Positions 1 to 9,374 are shown, counted from the first letter of the stretch. The stretch: DNA of 64,000 nucleotides from Bacillota bacterium (GCA_023389255.1 JAEWER010000037.1:65833-129832), one strand, 5' to 3'. Numbers and translations are program-made. The notes: generated from the sequence alone by a model not told the origin.

Positions 1-1432
1 ATTGCTTCTTGTCAGGGTTTGGTAAAAACTCTAAGCCTGGCTTACTCATCGCCTTAGATGCTGCTTGTAAATTAGGATAGAAACCTACACCAACACTGGC
101 TGCTATCACTGCTCCCAATGCTCCTAATTCACTTCCAGCCATCGTTTTTACCGGTAACTGACAGATATCCGCAAACAATTGTGTCCACTTAGCTGATTTA
201 GTCATCCCCCCTGCTAACAAACATCTAGTAAACCCATCTTTAGTTGTTTGAGCTAATTGTTCAATGTGTTGTTTGTGGGAAAAGCATACTCCTTCAAAAA
301 CAGCACGAACTAGTTCTGCCACTTTTGTATCTTGGCTCAAGCCAATGAAAGATGCCTTAGCTAAATCGCTATCGTTAGAGCCGTACAAGTAGGGGAAAAA
401 CAAAAGATTATTTTCTTCTCTCGCCTGTTCAAACAATTCATTGACTCGCTCATAAACTGCGCCAGAACTGACATTTTCAGAACTAGGAGCAATTATTTCT
501 CGCACGAGCCACTCTAAATTACCTGCCGAAGTTGCACTACATGCCTCCAGCAGATATCTTTCTCCATCAGCAAAAACCGAGTTCATCAAGGGCTCTTTCT
601 GATTGAGATATGGTTCATCTGTAATATATTCATTGATTGACCAAGTGCCCGTAATGGCTACTAGATCACTAGAACTTTGTGGCGCTACAGCCAGAGCACA
701 AGCATCGATATCAAACATACCTGCTACAACTTGAGTCGTTGGATGCAAGCCAGTTAAGGCGCAAGCTTCTGGTGTGAGCGAACCACAATTAGTAGTGGAG
801 GTAATCACTTCAGGAATAAATTTAGCAACTTCTGCTAAGCCAAATTGACTCAGTAAATCTGCATCTACAGACTTAGTTGCTACATTAAATAAACCCGAAC
901 CCGATAAATCAGTGATTTCGCTCTGCGCTTTACCCGTTAAGCGGAAACGCAAGTAATCCTTGCAACTAAACACATATTTGATTTTTCTGTAGACAGATGG
1001 TTCATTTCGTTTAAGCCAAGCAAGCAATGCCAATTGCTGACAAGGTAAGATGCGTTGCGCTAAACTTGCATAATTTCTTTGTACAACTCCTTGAGCATAC
1101 CAATCCTTGACAATATCGGTAGCTCGTAAATCCATCGAAGCAATACCCGGATAGATAACACCCTGCTCACCCCACAGATACAAGCCTTTTCCATGACCAG
1201 AAAAAGATAGAGCTACAATTTCTTCTGGCTTAACCTCAGCTTTAGCTACCACCTGCTTCAGGCAATGACAATTAAGTCTAAATAACTCTTCTAAATCACG
1301 CTCTGCACGCGTTTCTGTGGGATAACTTACTGCTGAATCCTCGCTGTGGGAGACAATCTCTTGACCCTGCTCATCGAACAGAACTGCCTTGATTGCTGTA
1401 CCACCATTATCTAAGCCAATAAAGTAGTGCAC
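1..1432 (-). CDS. FGGY-family carbohydrate kinase (xylulokinase / L-xylulose kinase-like); 3' end runs off the window
   Basis: Absent from the ORF track because there is no stop in the window. Hand translation of the minus strand from GTG at 1430-1432 (GGAGGGAG RBS just upstream) stays open to the window edge: MHYFIGLDNGGTAIKAVLFDEQG...LLAGGMTKSAKWTQLFADICQLPV. FGGY N- and C-terminal signatures are present. Confidence 0.8.
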   Translation of the reverse strand, partial: MHYFIGLDNGGTAIKAVLFDEQGQEIVSHSEDSAVSYPTETRAERDLEELFRLNCHCLKQVVAKAEVKPEEIVALSFSGHGKGLYLWGEQGVIYPGIASMDLRATDIVKDWYAQGVVQRNYASLAQRILPCQQLALLAWLKRNEPSVYRKIKYVFSCKDYLRFRLTGKAQSEITDLSGSGLFNVATKSVDADLLSQFGLAEVAKFIPEVITSTTNCGSLTPEACALTGLHPTTQVVAGMFDIDACALAVAPQSSSDLVAITGTWSINEYITDEPYLNQKEPLMNSVFADGERYLLEACSATSAGNLEWLVREIIAPSSENVSSGAVYERVNELFEQAREENNLLFFPYLYGSNDSDLAKASFIGLSQDTKVAELVRAVFEGVCFSHKQHIEQLAQTTKDGFTRCLLAGGMTKSAKWTQLFADICQLPVKTMAGSELGALGAVIAASVGVGFYPNLQAASKAMSKPGLEFLPNPDKKQ

Positions 1433-1465
1433 TTTCTCCCTCCTTACATTTTGAGTTTAAGCAAA

Positions 1466-1483
1466 ATAGAAAACGTTCGCTAT
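1466..1483. promoter_or_regulatory. LacI/GalR-type operator candidate O1 (18-bp imperfect palindrome ATAGAAAACGTTCGCTAT)
   Basis: Palindrome centred on AACGTT with 7 of 9 symmetric positions. It lies about 35 bp upstream of the kinase start and next to a LacI-family gene. Confidence 0.5.
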
Positions 1484-1515
1484 ACTTCCAAAGCAAATTT
1501 GTAATCAGTAACCAA

Positions 1516-1533
1516 TTATAAAACGTTTTACTT
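1516..1533. promoter_or_regulatory. LacI/GalR-type operator candidate O2 (TTATAAAACGTTTTACTT; core TAAAACGTTTTA is a perfect palindrome)
   Basis: Perfect 12-bp palindrome at 1519-1530 with the same AACGTT core as O1 and O3. Confidence 0.5.
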
Positions 1534-1591
1534 GTGCATTTTGCACGAGATACAGCTTGTTAAATCGCATCACTAATAGAAATTAGCTCTC

Positions 1592-1610
1592 CGTTCGCTA
1601 TCGTTCGCTA
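1592..1610. repeat. Tandem direct repeat CGTTCGCTA-T-CGTTCGCTA (operator half-site duplicated with a 10-bp period)
   Basis: The same 9-mer forms the right half of O1 (1475-1483) and, reverse-complemented, the left half of O3. Confidence 0.6.
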
Positions 1611-1644
1611 AAGGAATCTTATAAGCAGTATTCTTTTTGAGAAT

Positions 1645-2676
1645 TTACCACCCCGTGATGTCCCATTCTGTAGCACTGGTATTAGAGCTAGAACGTCTAA
1701 CTAGTAATTTACACGGCAATTCTATCGAATCACGTTGAAAATCTCGTTGAGCAATAGCTAAAACTGCCTCTCTGCCCATCTGGTAGGCAGGAACACTCAT
1801 CGTTGTCAGCGAAGGCTCAATCATCGTGGTGATACTTAGGTTGTCAAAACCCACGACTGCAATATCATCGGGAATGCTATAGCCAGCTGCTTTAATCGCT
1901 TTCATGGCTCCGATAGCAGTTTGATCATTAGCACCAAAAATCGCTGTCATCTTTAAATTATTGGAGATCAGCTCTTTAGTGCGTATATAACCAGTGATGG
2001 GAGAATAATCACCTACCACAATTAAATCATCATTGGGCTCAATGCCAAACTCACTCAAAGCCTGTCTATAACCCTCTATACGCTCTATCGTTTGCGGACT
2101 CGATAAATTACCAGTTATATGCGCAATCTGACGATGTCCAGCTTCTAAAAGGTGGCGAGTAATTGTATATGCGCTTTTGACGTTATCTACGTAAATGCTT
2201 TTGAAGTTGTACTGACTCAAATTTCGTTCGACATACACTACGGGTACACCCGTACGCTTAAAAATGCGTTCCATTTGGCCAAAATATTCTTCAGCTAAGT
2301 CGATAGGGCATACTGAATCGATAATTAAACCTACAATATTTTCCCGCAAGATAGATTCGACCATCGTCTTCTCTTCTTTGAAGTCGTAGCCACTGATTTT
2401 GATGATGATGTCAAACCCTCTGCTTCGGGCAACATCGGTAACTCCTGCCAATAAATGCGTGAAAAATAAGCTTGAAACGAAAGGAATGATAATAGCAATC
2501 GTCTTAGAACTGCGTCTTGCTCTAACATTCGTTGGCAATTTATAATCCAAATCATCCATCGCTTGGAAGATTCGTTGACGGAGCTCCTCGCTCACTTTTT
2601 TCTTATTGTTGAGCACCACAGAAACGGTGGATACTGAAACGCCTGCCTTATCGGCAACATCACGCATACTTGCCAT
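1645..2676 (-). CDS. LacI/GalR-family transcriptional regulator
   Basis: N-terminal HTH MASMRDVADKAGVSVSTVSVVLNN, followed by a periplasmic-binding-protein-like sugar-binding core. GGAGGT RBS 4 nt upstream of the ATG. Confidence 0.9.
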   Translation of the reverse strand: MASMRDVADKAGVSVSTVSVVLNNKKKVSEELRQRIFQAMDDLDYKLPTNVRARRSSKTIAIIIPFVSSLFFTHLLAGVTDVARSRGFDIIIKISGYDFKEEKTMVESILRENIVGLIIDSVCPIDLAEEYFGQMERIFKRTGVPVVYVERNLSQYNFKSIYVDNVKSAYTITRHLLEAGHRQIAHITGNLSSPQTIERIEGYRQALSEFGIEPNDDLIVVGDYSPITGYIRTKELISNNLKMTAIFGANDQTAIGAMKAIKAAGYSIPDDIAVVGFDNLSITTMIEPSLTTMSVPAYQMGREAVLAIAQRDFQRDSIELPCKLLVRRSSSNTSATEWDITGW

Positions 2677-2774
2677 AACTACCTCCGCTTGTAGCTATAG
2701 ATTAGCATAAGCGAACAAATAGCAAACAACTAAAACAATACCTTGCGGTACTTTTACTCATCCGTTAATACAAA

Positions 2775-2792
2775 TTAGCGAACGTTTGCCAT
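2775..2792. promoter_or_regulatory. LacI/GalR-type operator candidate O3 (TTAGCGAACGTTTGCCAT)
   Basis: AACGTT-centred imperfect palindrome about 100 bp upstream of the regulator start. It shares the half-site TAGCGAAC with O1. Confidence 0.4.
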
Positions 2793-2801
2793 AAAAGGCA
2801 A

Positions 2802-2829
2802 TAAAAAAAGCCAGCCACAGCTGGCTTTA
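2802..2829 (-). terminator. Rho-independent terminator downstream of the surface-protein gene
   Basis: 8-bp stem AAGCCAGC/GCTGGCTT with a 4-nt loop, followed by a U-run on the minus strand (A-run at 2803-2809 on plus). Confidence 0.7.
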
Positions 2830-2847
2830 CATTACCTTGTTGCGTCT

Positions 2848-4977
2848 CTAGCGTTGACGCTTAAGTACATTCCTTTTAGCCACTAAAATACAAGAAGCTA
2901 AAGCCACCAGTAAAACTACACTTAACATTGATCTATTTTCACCTGTTTTAGCCAATTGCTGTCTAGACTTGTTAGATGTTGTCGTCACTCTAACAACTGT
3001 AGTTGTGCCACCTACTGTATTTTTATGACTTTGTGTAATTACCTGTACAGGAGGATTATTTCTCGTAGTCGTAGCCACGGGAGCAGGCACCTCGGGTTTG
3101 GTAACAGCAGTTGTAGTAACCGTAGTTGTAGGCTTACTTACCGTTGTAGCTTTAGTTGTCGCCGCCGTAGTTGTTGTGGTTGTTGCCTTAGTTGCCGTTG
3201 CCGTAGCTGTTGTGGTTGTTGCCTTAGTGGTCGTTGCCGTAGCTGTTGTGGTTGTTGCCTTAGTTGTCGTAGTTGTAGTGGTGGTTGTAACAGTAGTAGG
3301 TTTGATCTCTTCTTTTTCGTTAGTGACACTGAAAGTTTGGTGCTCTAATTCTTCGTTTTGCGCTGTAACAACCTTAAATTCAATCTTATCTTTATTCTGT
3401 TTATAGCCTTGGGGCGCTTTGGTTTCTTGTAGGTAATAACTTCCAGGTAACAGATAGATATCTTGAGCATCATTGCTCAAATATCCTTGTTCTTCCACCT
3501 GCTTAACTGCCACATCTGACTTTATCAACTCCACCAACTTATCGTGGGGAAGTTTCTTGCCCAATTCAAGCAAACCGTTTTCTACAGTGGTCAACCCTGA
3601 TTTAAGAAGCTTGTTTTCACCATTATCTACACGGTAGAGAGAAAATTCTGCACCAGACAATTTCAGATTAGTATCTTTCAAGTCAGTTTTAGTAAAGCTA
3701 ACTGCCACAGGCAGGGGTCTATAAGTTAAGTAGTAATGCTTATCTACCAATACTTTACCTGTTTCTGAAATAGTCGCAGAGTTAAAGAAGTTACCTCTAC
3801 TATTTTTGTACTTATCCATCACTGTGGTATTTGCATCATTGACAATTTCCTCTGGCATAGTATCGATGTCATCATCCACCTGCACATAACCAGGAACTTG
3901 TACTTGATCTAAATCTGCTCTACTAATACGTAATTTTTCTGTAAGCAAGGCAGAGATGTTAGGATCAGTATTGCGCTCATATGATAAACCCACGTAAGAT
4001 CCAGCCGAAAAAGGTTCGGGCTCACCCTCGGGTCTTAACAGAGCGGTTTTGATATCGTATACCTTGTCATTAGGATTCATATCAAAAAAGCCACTTGATG
4101 TTTTTTCCGTTGCAAGCTCTGGTAAGTCAATATAACGATGCGCTTTATTACCATATCCTAATCTGCCCAGATTACGCTCTGGTAAATCAGTAACACTATT
4201 GGCAATTGTTTCTGCTTTACGATAAGCAAAATCATCTACAAAATGGAAATGTGTTGTAACTGCATGATTGCTCTGCACACGCCAACGAGCTGTCCCCGCT
4301 ACGAGAGGATTACCAGAACTGGAACCTTTCATACCACCACCAGCAAAAAAGCTGAGCATAGGTTCTGTCACTTCATCAGTGCTAAACAAAAGATATTGGC
4401 GTTCTTTAATCGGGTTAGGCCAACCAATTATCGGCTCATCCGACTTGAATTTAACTAAGCCACCATTCCAATCAACTGTCATGTCAACATCTTTGCTTTT
4501 TTTATCTGTTTGCAAATCACCGTTTTCATCTACATAACTGGAAAGTCTGCCAGCCCACCACGAAAAATACAAGGTGTTATATGTACTAGTACGTCCTTTA
4601 AGCTCAGGAATTATAACAACTGCTACTTCTAATTTTGCCCAATCTTTTGCTGGTACAAAACTAATATAAGATGGTGATATCAACTGACTACCATCTTTAG
4701 CAGTAAAGCGATAACGCACAAGATAGTAATCGCTGATAGCTAGTTTTTCCTTAGCCTCAACTGTTTTGATATGCTCATCTACATCTTGGTCGCTGATGAT
4801 TTCTGGGAAAGGGTTGTCCACATGAATATCTCCAGGATAGGTATGTGGATACATATAATTACCCTCCAATGGCTTTACTTTATCTTCAGCTAACACATCT
4901 CGGTTAAAGCTAAGCGCCAAAATCATACAAACAACAAGTAGAAGCATCCCTAGTTGCTTTGCTCGTTTCATGTTCAT
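2848..4977 (-). CDS. Cell-wall-anchored surface protein: signal peptide, about 440 aa of uncharacterised N-terminal region, SpaA/Cna-B-like fold, Thr-rich stalk and LAKTG sortase motif
   Basis: C-terminus is LAKTGENRSMLSVVLLVALASCILVAKRNVLKRQR (LPXTG-like motif, TM segment, basic tail). SGAEFSLYRV...LLPGSYYLQETKAPQGYK resembles a Cna-B/SpaA domain. The likely start is MNMKRAKQLG (AGGAG RBS) rather than the track start at 5016. Confidence 0.8.
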   Translation of the reverse strand: MNMKRAKQLGMLLLVVCMILALSFNRDVLAEDKVKPLEGNYMYPHTYPGDIHVDNPFPEIISDQDVDEHIKTVEAKEKLAISDYYLVRYRFTAKDGSQLISPSYISFVPAKDWAKLEVAVVIIPELKGRTSTYNTLYFSWWAGRLSSYVDENGDLQTDKKSKDVDMTVDWNGGLVKFKSDEPIIGWPNPIKERQYLLFSTDEVTEPMLSFFAGGGMKGSSSGNPLVAGTARWRVQSNHAVTTHFHFVDDFAYRKAETIANSVTDLPERNLGRLGYGNKAHRYIDLPELATEKTSSGFFDMNPNDKVYDIKTALLRPEGEPEPFSAGSYVGLSYERNTDPNISALLTEKLRISRADLDQVQVPGYVQVDDDIDTMPEEIVNDANTTVMDKYKNSRGNFFNSATISETGKVLVDKHYYLTYRPLPVAVSFTKTDLKDTNLKLSGAEFSLYRVDNGENKLLKSGLTTVENGLLELGKKLPHDKLVELIKSDVAVKQVEEQGYLSNDAQDIYLLPGSYYLQETKAPQGYKQNKDKIEFKVVTAQNEELEHQTFSVTNEKEEIKPTTVTTTTTTTTTKATTTTATATTTKATTTTATATATKATTTTTTAATTKATTVSKPTTTVTTTAVTKPEVPAPVATTTRNNPPVQVITQSHKNTVGGTTTVVRVTTTSNKSRQQLAKTGENRSMLSVVLLVALASCILVAKRNVLKRQR
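3140..3283. repeat. 36-bp in-frame tandem repeat (3 good copies at 3176, 3212 and 3248, plus a degenerate copy) encoding KATTTTATATxT
   Basis: GTGGTTGTTGCCTTAGT(T/G)G(C/T)CGTTGCCGTAGCTGTT recurs with an exact 36-bp period. Confidence 0.85.
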
Positions 4978-5037
4978 TCCATCTCCTGTAGCTCTAGTAT
5001 GCTTCCAATCTACCACTAACTTAATAAATAAAAAAGG

Positions 5038-5066
5038 CGATCACTATGGATCGCCCTAATTTGTTT
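5038..5066 (-). terminator. Rho-independent terminator of rpsD
   Basis: Stem GGCGATC/GATCGCC with a 6-nt loop, followed by UUUUUU on the minus strand. Confidence 0.75.
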
Positions 5067-5086
5067 ATTAAATAATAAACAACTAA

Positions 5087-5683
5087 TTATTTTGAGTAGT
5101 ACTCAACGACCAACTGCTCAGAAACTTCGATCGGTAATTCTTCACGCAGAGGCTTTCTGGTGAAAGTACCTTGGAAGTTATCCTTATCAACTTCTAAATA
5201 AGCTAAGCCGTAGCCTGATTGCTCAAAAGTATTAGCAAAGTGCTCAATTTTTCTGGACTTCTCTTTTAAGCTGATAACATCACCAACTTGTACTTCGTAT
5301 GAAGGAATGTCAACGGTTTTGCCGTTAACTAAGATGTGACGGTGAGTTACCATCTGACGTGCAAAACGAATGGAGTTAGCAAAACCCATACGATAGACAA
5401 TGTTATCTAAACGGCTCTCTAACAATACCAGCAAAACTTCACCGGGTTTGCCATCGCGCACACGGTTGGCTTTCTCAAAGTAATTACGCATTTGACGCTC
5501 GAAAATGCCGTAATATGCTTTGATCTTTTGCTTCTCGTTTAATTGCAGAGCGTATTCGCTCTTCTTGCCTCTTCTTTGATTGCCACCAGTCTTACCTAAG
5601 CGATTTAATGCTTTAGGATGGCCACAAACATTAACACCGATACGACGGCATTCTTTAAATCTTGGTCCGCGTTTGGTTGCCAT
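5087..5683 (-). CDS. rpsD: 30S ribosomal protein S4
   Basis: [19 protein letters not shown]...; S4 domain; 198 aa. Confidence 0.95.
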   Translation of the reverse strand: MATKRGPRFKECRRIGVNVCGHPKALNRLGKTGGNQRRGKKSEYALQLNEKQKIKAYYGIFERQMRNYFEKANRVRDGKPGEVLLVLLESRLDNIVYRMGFANSIRFARQMVTHRHILVNGKTVDIPSYEVQVGDVISLKEKSRKIEHFANTFEQSGYGLAYLEVDKDNFQGTFTRKPLREELPIEVSEQLVVEYYSK

Positions 5684-5754
5684 GAAAAAACCTTTCTCTA
5701 TGAAGATAGATTGTAGTCGTCTATAAATAGACGCCGAAATATACTACCAAAGAT

Positions 5755-6657
5755 CTAGAAGAAAGACAAGATGCGGTTTTTGAATTCTTGTGTGATCTCA
5801 GATAATTCTTTGTTCGTACGTTGAATTACGTAAAAATCACGACGACTGGTTGGATACAGTTTATGGTCCATCGGCAATTCAAATGTTAAAATTTTGGCGT
5901 CTTTCAGATTGGCTTTAGCAGATAATTCAGAGACCAAAGATACACCTAAACCACTAGCCACTAAACGATTTACTGTTTCATGATCGCCAGCTCTAGCAAC
6001 AACATTCAACTCATAATCTTGAATCCCTAATTGGTGAATAATGCGATTGGCATTGAGTTGCGTACCACTACCAGATTTGCGCATAACCATGGGTTCTGAC
6101 AACAAATGATGCCAGTTGATTTCATGCTGTTTATACATTCTGAAACGTTCAATATCTGGTGCAATCAAGACGATTTTATCTTGATAAAAAGGCTCACACA
6201 GCAACTCGCTTTCTGACGTATTAATGCCTACAAAGCCAAGATCATATTGGTTATCCAATACACCTGCCACCACTTGCTGACTATCACCTTGATCTAAATA
6301 AAAACGTGTATCTGGGTGAGCTTTTTTGAAATCCTCAATCACTTGAGGTAACAGATAGCTGGCAGGAGTGGATGAAGCACCGATACGAATATTTTTGTTT
6401 TCTACACCACTCCAGTTACTTAAAATATTGCGATGTAGGCGCATAATTTTTACTGCAGTGTCGTAGAGTTGTTGCCCACGCTCAGTCAGATGCAAAGATT
6501 TTGTAGTACGCGCAAATAATTGACAATCATAATCAATCTCTAATTGCTTAATGTGGTTGCTGATGGTGGGCTGAGTGGTATACAAAGCCTCTGCAGCTTT
6601 CGTGAAACTACCGTTTTGCACTACTGCAACAAATGACTCCAGTTGTTTGAATTTCAT
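5755..6657 (-). CDS. LysR-family transcriptional regulator
   Basis: N-terminal wHTH FTKAAEALYTTQPTISNHIKQLE; 300 aa. Starts 22 nt downstream of the class-V aminotransferase gene, so probably in the same operon. Confidence 0.9.
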   Translation of the reverse strand: MKFKQLESFVAVVQNGSFTKAAEALYTTQPTISNHIKQLEIDYDCQLFARTTKSLHLTERGQQLYDTAVKIMRLHRNILSNWSGVENKNIRIGASSTPASYLLPQVIEDFKKAHPDTRFYLDQGDSQQVVAGVLDNQYDLGFVGINTSESELLCEPFYQDKIVLIAPDIERFRMYKQHEINWHHLLSEPMVMRKSGSGTQLNANRIIHQLGIQDYELNVVARAGDHETVNRLVASGLGVSLVSELSAKANLKDAKILTFELPMDHKLYPTSRRDFYVIQRTNKELSEITQEFKNRILSFF

Positions 6658-6679
6658 AACTGACTTCCTCTTCTATACT

Positions 6680-7885
6680 CTAATATTGCGTTTTGAGCCC
6701 TAGTAATTCTTCTAGAGCTTTGGTGACTAAATCAATTTGGGATTTGGTATTTGCATGACCAAATGAAAAGCGCAAAGCACCATTTTTCTCTGTGCCGTAG
6801 AAACGATGTGCCAGCGGTGTACAATGCTTGCCTACACGTGTCATTACTTGCCAATCTTTAGCTAAGGTATGCGCAAGTTTGGCATTATCTTCATGTAAGC
6901 AATCTATCGCTACAATCGGCACATAATTAGACCAATCTGGCGTCGCTAAAATACTTATTGCGCCACAGTCAACTAAAGGTTGCAACTTGTGTAGGAAATA
7001 TGTACGTAGATCTAATTCCTGCTTGAGTAGCCCTGCTGGTGTTTGTTCTGTAACCCAACCTAGAGCTGTCTTTAACCCTATAATTCCTGGTAAATTTTGT
7101 GTGCCCGCCTCAAAGCAATCAGGTAGTTCAGGAGGCATCTCTAACTCATCACTATGACTTCCCGTCCCCCCAGCTATTAACGGTTTAAGACCATCTTTAG
7201 GGATGTCTGCTAAATAGAAACCACCAATGCCCTGTGGACCTAATAGCGCTTTGTGTCCAGTAAAGGCTAGTGCCGAAATATGTTGCTCCTCAACATTGAT
7301 GTCAATTAATCCCAAGGTTTGAGCGCTATCGACGATAAAGTAAATGTCGTGCTCTGCACAAAATTTACCTACAGTTTCTATATCAAACACTTCGCCACTC
7401 AAGTTACTTGCATGTGTCATCACTAACACACGAGCTTGATGCTCTTTTTGCAACTTCAGCAATTCTGCTTCTAAATTGGGTGCTAAGGGCGAAAAATAAA
7501 CGGTGGCAAGATTTAGCTGCTTAGCTACTCTTGCCACCGCATTATGTTCAAGCGCGCTCAATAAAAGTGGTTCACCTGGTCGCAGTAAACCTTTGAGCAA
7601 GATATTTAAGGCTTCAGTAATATTCTTGGTAAAAATTACTCGGCTGGGATCATTACCACCAATTAGGTCAGAAATCAATTCACGACACTCTAAAACTTGA
7701 TCGGCAACAGAATATGCAAGTTCATGAGTTCCTCGATTGATGTTAACAGATTCGCACTCAATAAAATTAGCGACAGCAGTGCTCACTCCTGGCGCTTTAG
7801 GAAAAGACGTTGCTCCATTATCACAATAAATCAACCCCGGATGGGGTGGGTGTGGTTCTGGTACTGGTTGTTCGATTGCCGACAT
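6680..7885 (-). CDS. Class-V aminotransferase: cysteine desulfurase / selenocysteine lyase family
   Basis: PLP-lysine context FTGHKALLGPQGIGG, a C-terminal active-site Cys region (GKHCTPLAH) and about 400 aa. Confidence 0.8.
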   Translation of the reverse strand: MSAIEQPVPEPHPPHPGLIYCDNGATSFPKAPGVSTAVANFIECESVNINRGTHELAYSVADQVLECRELISDLIGGNDPSRVIFTKNITEALNILLKGLLRPGEPLLLSALEHNAVARVAKQLNLATVYFSPLAPNLEAELLKLQKEHQARVLVMTHASNLSGEVFDIETVGKFCAEHDIYFIVDSAQTLGLIDINVEEQHISALAFTGHKALLGPQGIGGFYLADIPKDGLKPLIAGGTGSHSDELEMPPELPDCFEAGTQNLPGIIGLKTALGWVTEQTPAGLLKQELDLRTYFLHKLQPLVDCGAISILATPDWSNYVPIVAIDCLHEDNAKLAHTLAKDWQVMTRVGKHCTPLAHRFYGTEKNGALRFSFGHANTKSQIDLVTKALEELLGLKTQY

Positions 7886-7966
7886 TATTTCCTCTTTGAA
7901 GATTGATTTCAGTCTATTTTAACAATCTGAGAGAACTTTTTAACACTTCCAAACAGTTATAAATAA

Positions 7967-7983
7967 ATACTATTAGTAAGTAT
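7967..7983. promoter_or_regulatory. Inverted repeat ATACT-N7-AGTAT (LysR-box-like) in the divergent csd/yedE promoter region
   Basis: ATACTATTAGTAAGTAT has the ATAC...GTAT dyad architecture typical of LTTR sites. It lies between divergent operons, one of which encodes a LysR regulator. Confidence 0.35.
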
Positions 7984-8051
7984 CAATAATCCCAGATAGT
8001 CTAAGCATATTACAAGAATTGCAACGTCGCAAACGTTGGAAGAGGTGTTTT

Positions 8052-9140
8052 ATGCAATTGAAAAAAGAAGGTTCGTTGCTCTTGCTAGCTGGGCTAATTA
8101 TTGGTGTGATTGCCAGCTTGTTAGTCTACTTTGGCAATCCTGCTAACATGGGCTTTTGTATCGCTTGCTTTTTGCGTGATACAGCTGGTGGTTTAGGCTT
8201 GCATCAAGCAGCTGCCGTGCAATATGTACGTCCTGAAATTTTAGGTTTAGCTCTGGGCGCATTTCTAATGGCTGTAGTGCGCAAAGAATTCAACCCAAGA
8301 GGTGGTAGCTCTCCTCTGACACGCTTTATCATCGGCTTCTTTGTGATGATTGGCTGTCTTATGTTCCTTGGTTGTCCTTTCCGCACAATTTTGCGCTTGG
8401 CAGGTGGTGATTTGAATGCCATCTTTGGTCTAGTGGGTTATGTCCTAGGAATTTTAGTGGGTGTCTTTTTCTTAAATAAGGGCTTCAGCCTTAAGCGCAG
8501 TTATCGCCAAGGTGTAGCTGAAGGTGGTCTGTTCACTTTCTTCGTCTTAGCTCTGTTATTGGTCTTAGCTTTTGTTCCTAGTATTTTACATTTCACCCAA
8601 GCCGGTAAAGGTCCTGGTGGCAGTCATGCTCTCTTATTAGTCAGCTTAGGTGCTGGCTTAGTAGTCGGTGGCCTAGCACAATTAACTCGTATGTGCATGG
8701 TCGGCGGTGTAAGAGATTTAGTCTTGCTCAAAGAATGGCGTCTGCTAGGTGGCTTTATCGCAGTTTTAGTCGGTGCTCTGCTCACCAATTTAGCACTCAC
8801 ATCATTTACAGCAGGCACATTCTTCAAACTAGGTTTCTTAGAGCAACCAATAGCTCATACTGATGGTTTATGGAATGCTTTAGGTATGATGCTCGCAGGT
8901 CTAGGTTCAGTCATGCTCGGCGGTTGCCCCATGCGTCAATTAGTCATGTCTGGCGAAGGTAGCGGTGATAGCGCGGTAACAATTTTAGGTCTGTTGACTG
9001 GTGCAGCTTTCGCTCACAACTTCGGCTTAGCTTCCAGTGCCAAAGGACCCACTTTCCATGGTCAAATCGCTGTAGTTTTCGGTTTAGTGTTACTGCTTGT
9101 GATCGCTAGCCTCAACACTTTCAAAAAAGCTGATGCTTAA
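8052..9140 (+). CDS. yedE: YeeE/YedE-family membrane protein (thiosulfate/selenium-compound transporter family)
   Basis: Polytopic membrane protein with a GFCIACFLRD motif. GGAAGAGG RBS 7 nt before the ATG at 8052 (track start 8019 is a TTG). Confidence 0.8.
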   Translation: MQLKKEGSLLLLAGLIIGVIASLLVYFGNPANMGFCIACFLRDTAGGLGLHQAAAVQYVRPEILGLALGAFLMAVVRKEFNPRGGSSPLTRFIIGFFVMIGCLMFLGCPFRTILRLAGGDLNAIFGLVGYVLGILVGVFFLNKGFSLKRSYRQGVAEGGLFTFFVLALLLVLAFVPSILHFTQAGKGPGGSHALLLVSLGAGLVVGGLAQLTRMCMVGGVRDLVLLKEWRLLGGFIAVLVGALLTNLALTSFTAGTFFKLGFLEQPIAHTDGLWNALGMMLAGLGSVMLGGCPMRQLVMSGEGSGDSAVTILGLLTGAAFAHNFGLASSAKGPTFHGQIAVVFGLVLLLVIASLNTFKKADA

Positions 9141-9149
9141 GGAGAGATT

Positions 9150-9353
9150 ATGCAATTAGATGTACGCGGTTTATCTTGCCCAGAACCAGTGATCCAATTA
9201 AAGCAAGTATTAGCAAAAAATCCTGCCACAGTCACTGTTTTAACTGATTGTGCCACCAGTAAAGAGCGGCTAGAAACATATGCCAGCAGTGCAGGCTATC
9301 AAGTTGAGATCAGCTCCAGTGGCGAAGATACTATCTTAAAATTAAGTAAATAG
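9150..9353 (+). CDS. yedF: TusA/SirA-like sulfurtransferase (YedF-like)
   Basis: 67 aa with DVRGLSCPEPV (CPxP motif). AAGGAG RBS. Confidence 0.8.
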   Translation: MQLDVRGLSCPEPVIQLKQVLAKNPATVTVLTDCATSKERLETYASSAGYQVEISSSGEDTILKLSK

Positions 9354-9374
9354 TTCTAGTTTTAACCAAACCAA

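Noticed and set aside
3140-3283. Possible CRISPR-like or satellite array
   Set aside because: The repeats are contiguous with no spacers, in frame, and encode the Thr-rich stalk of a surface protein.
2956-3406. Cys/Arg-rich and poly-Val ORFs (2956-3348, 3098-3406, 3138-3329) over the Thr-repeat region
   Set aside because: These are alternative-frame or antisense readings of the ACN-rich 36-bp repeat inside the LPXTG protein gene. They are not independent genes.
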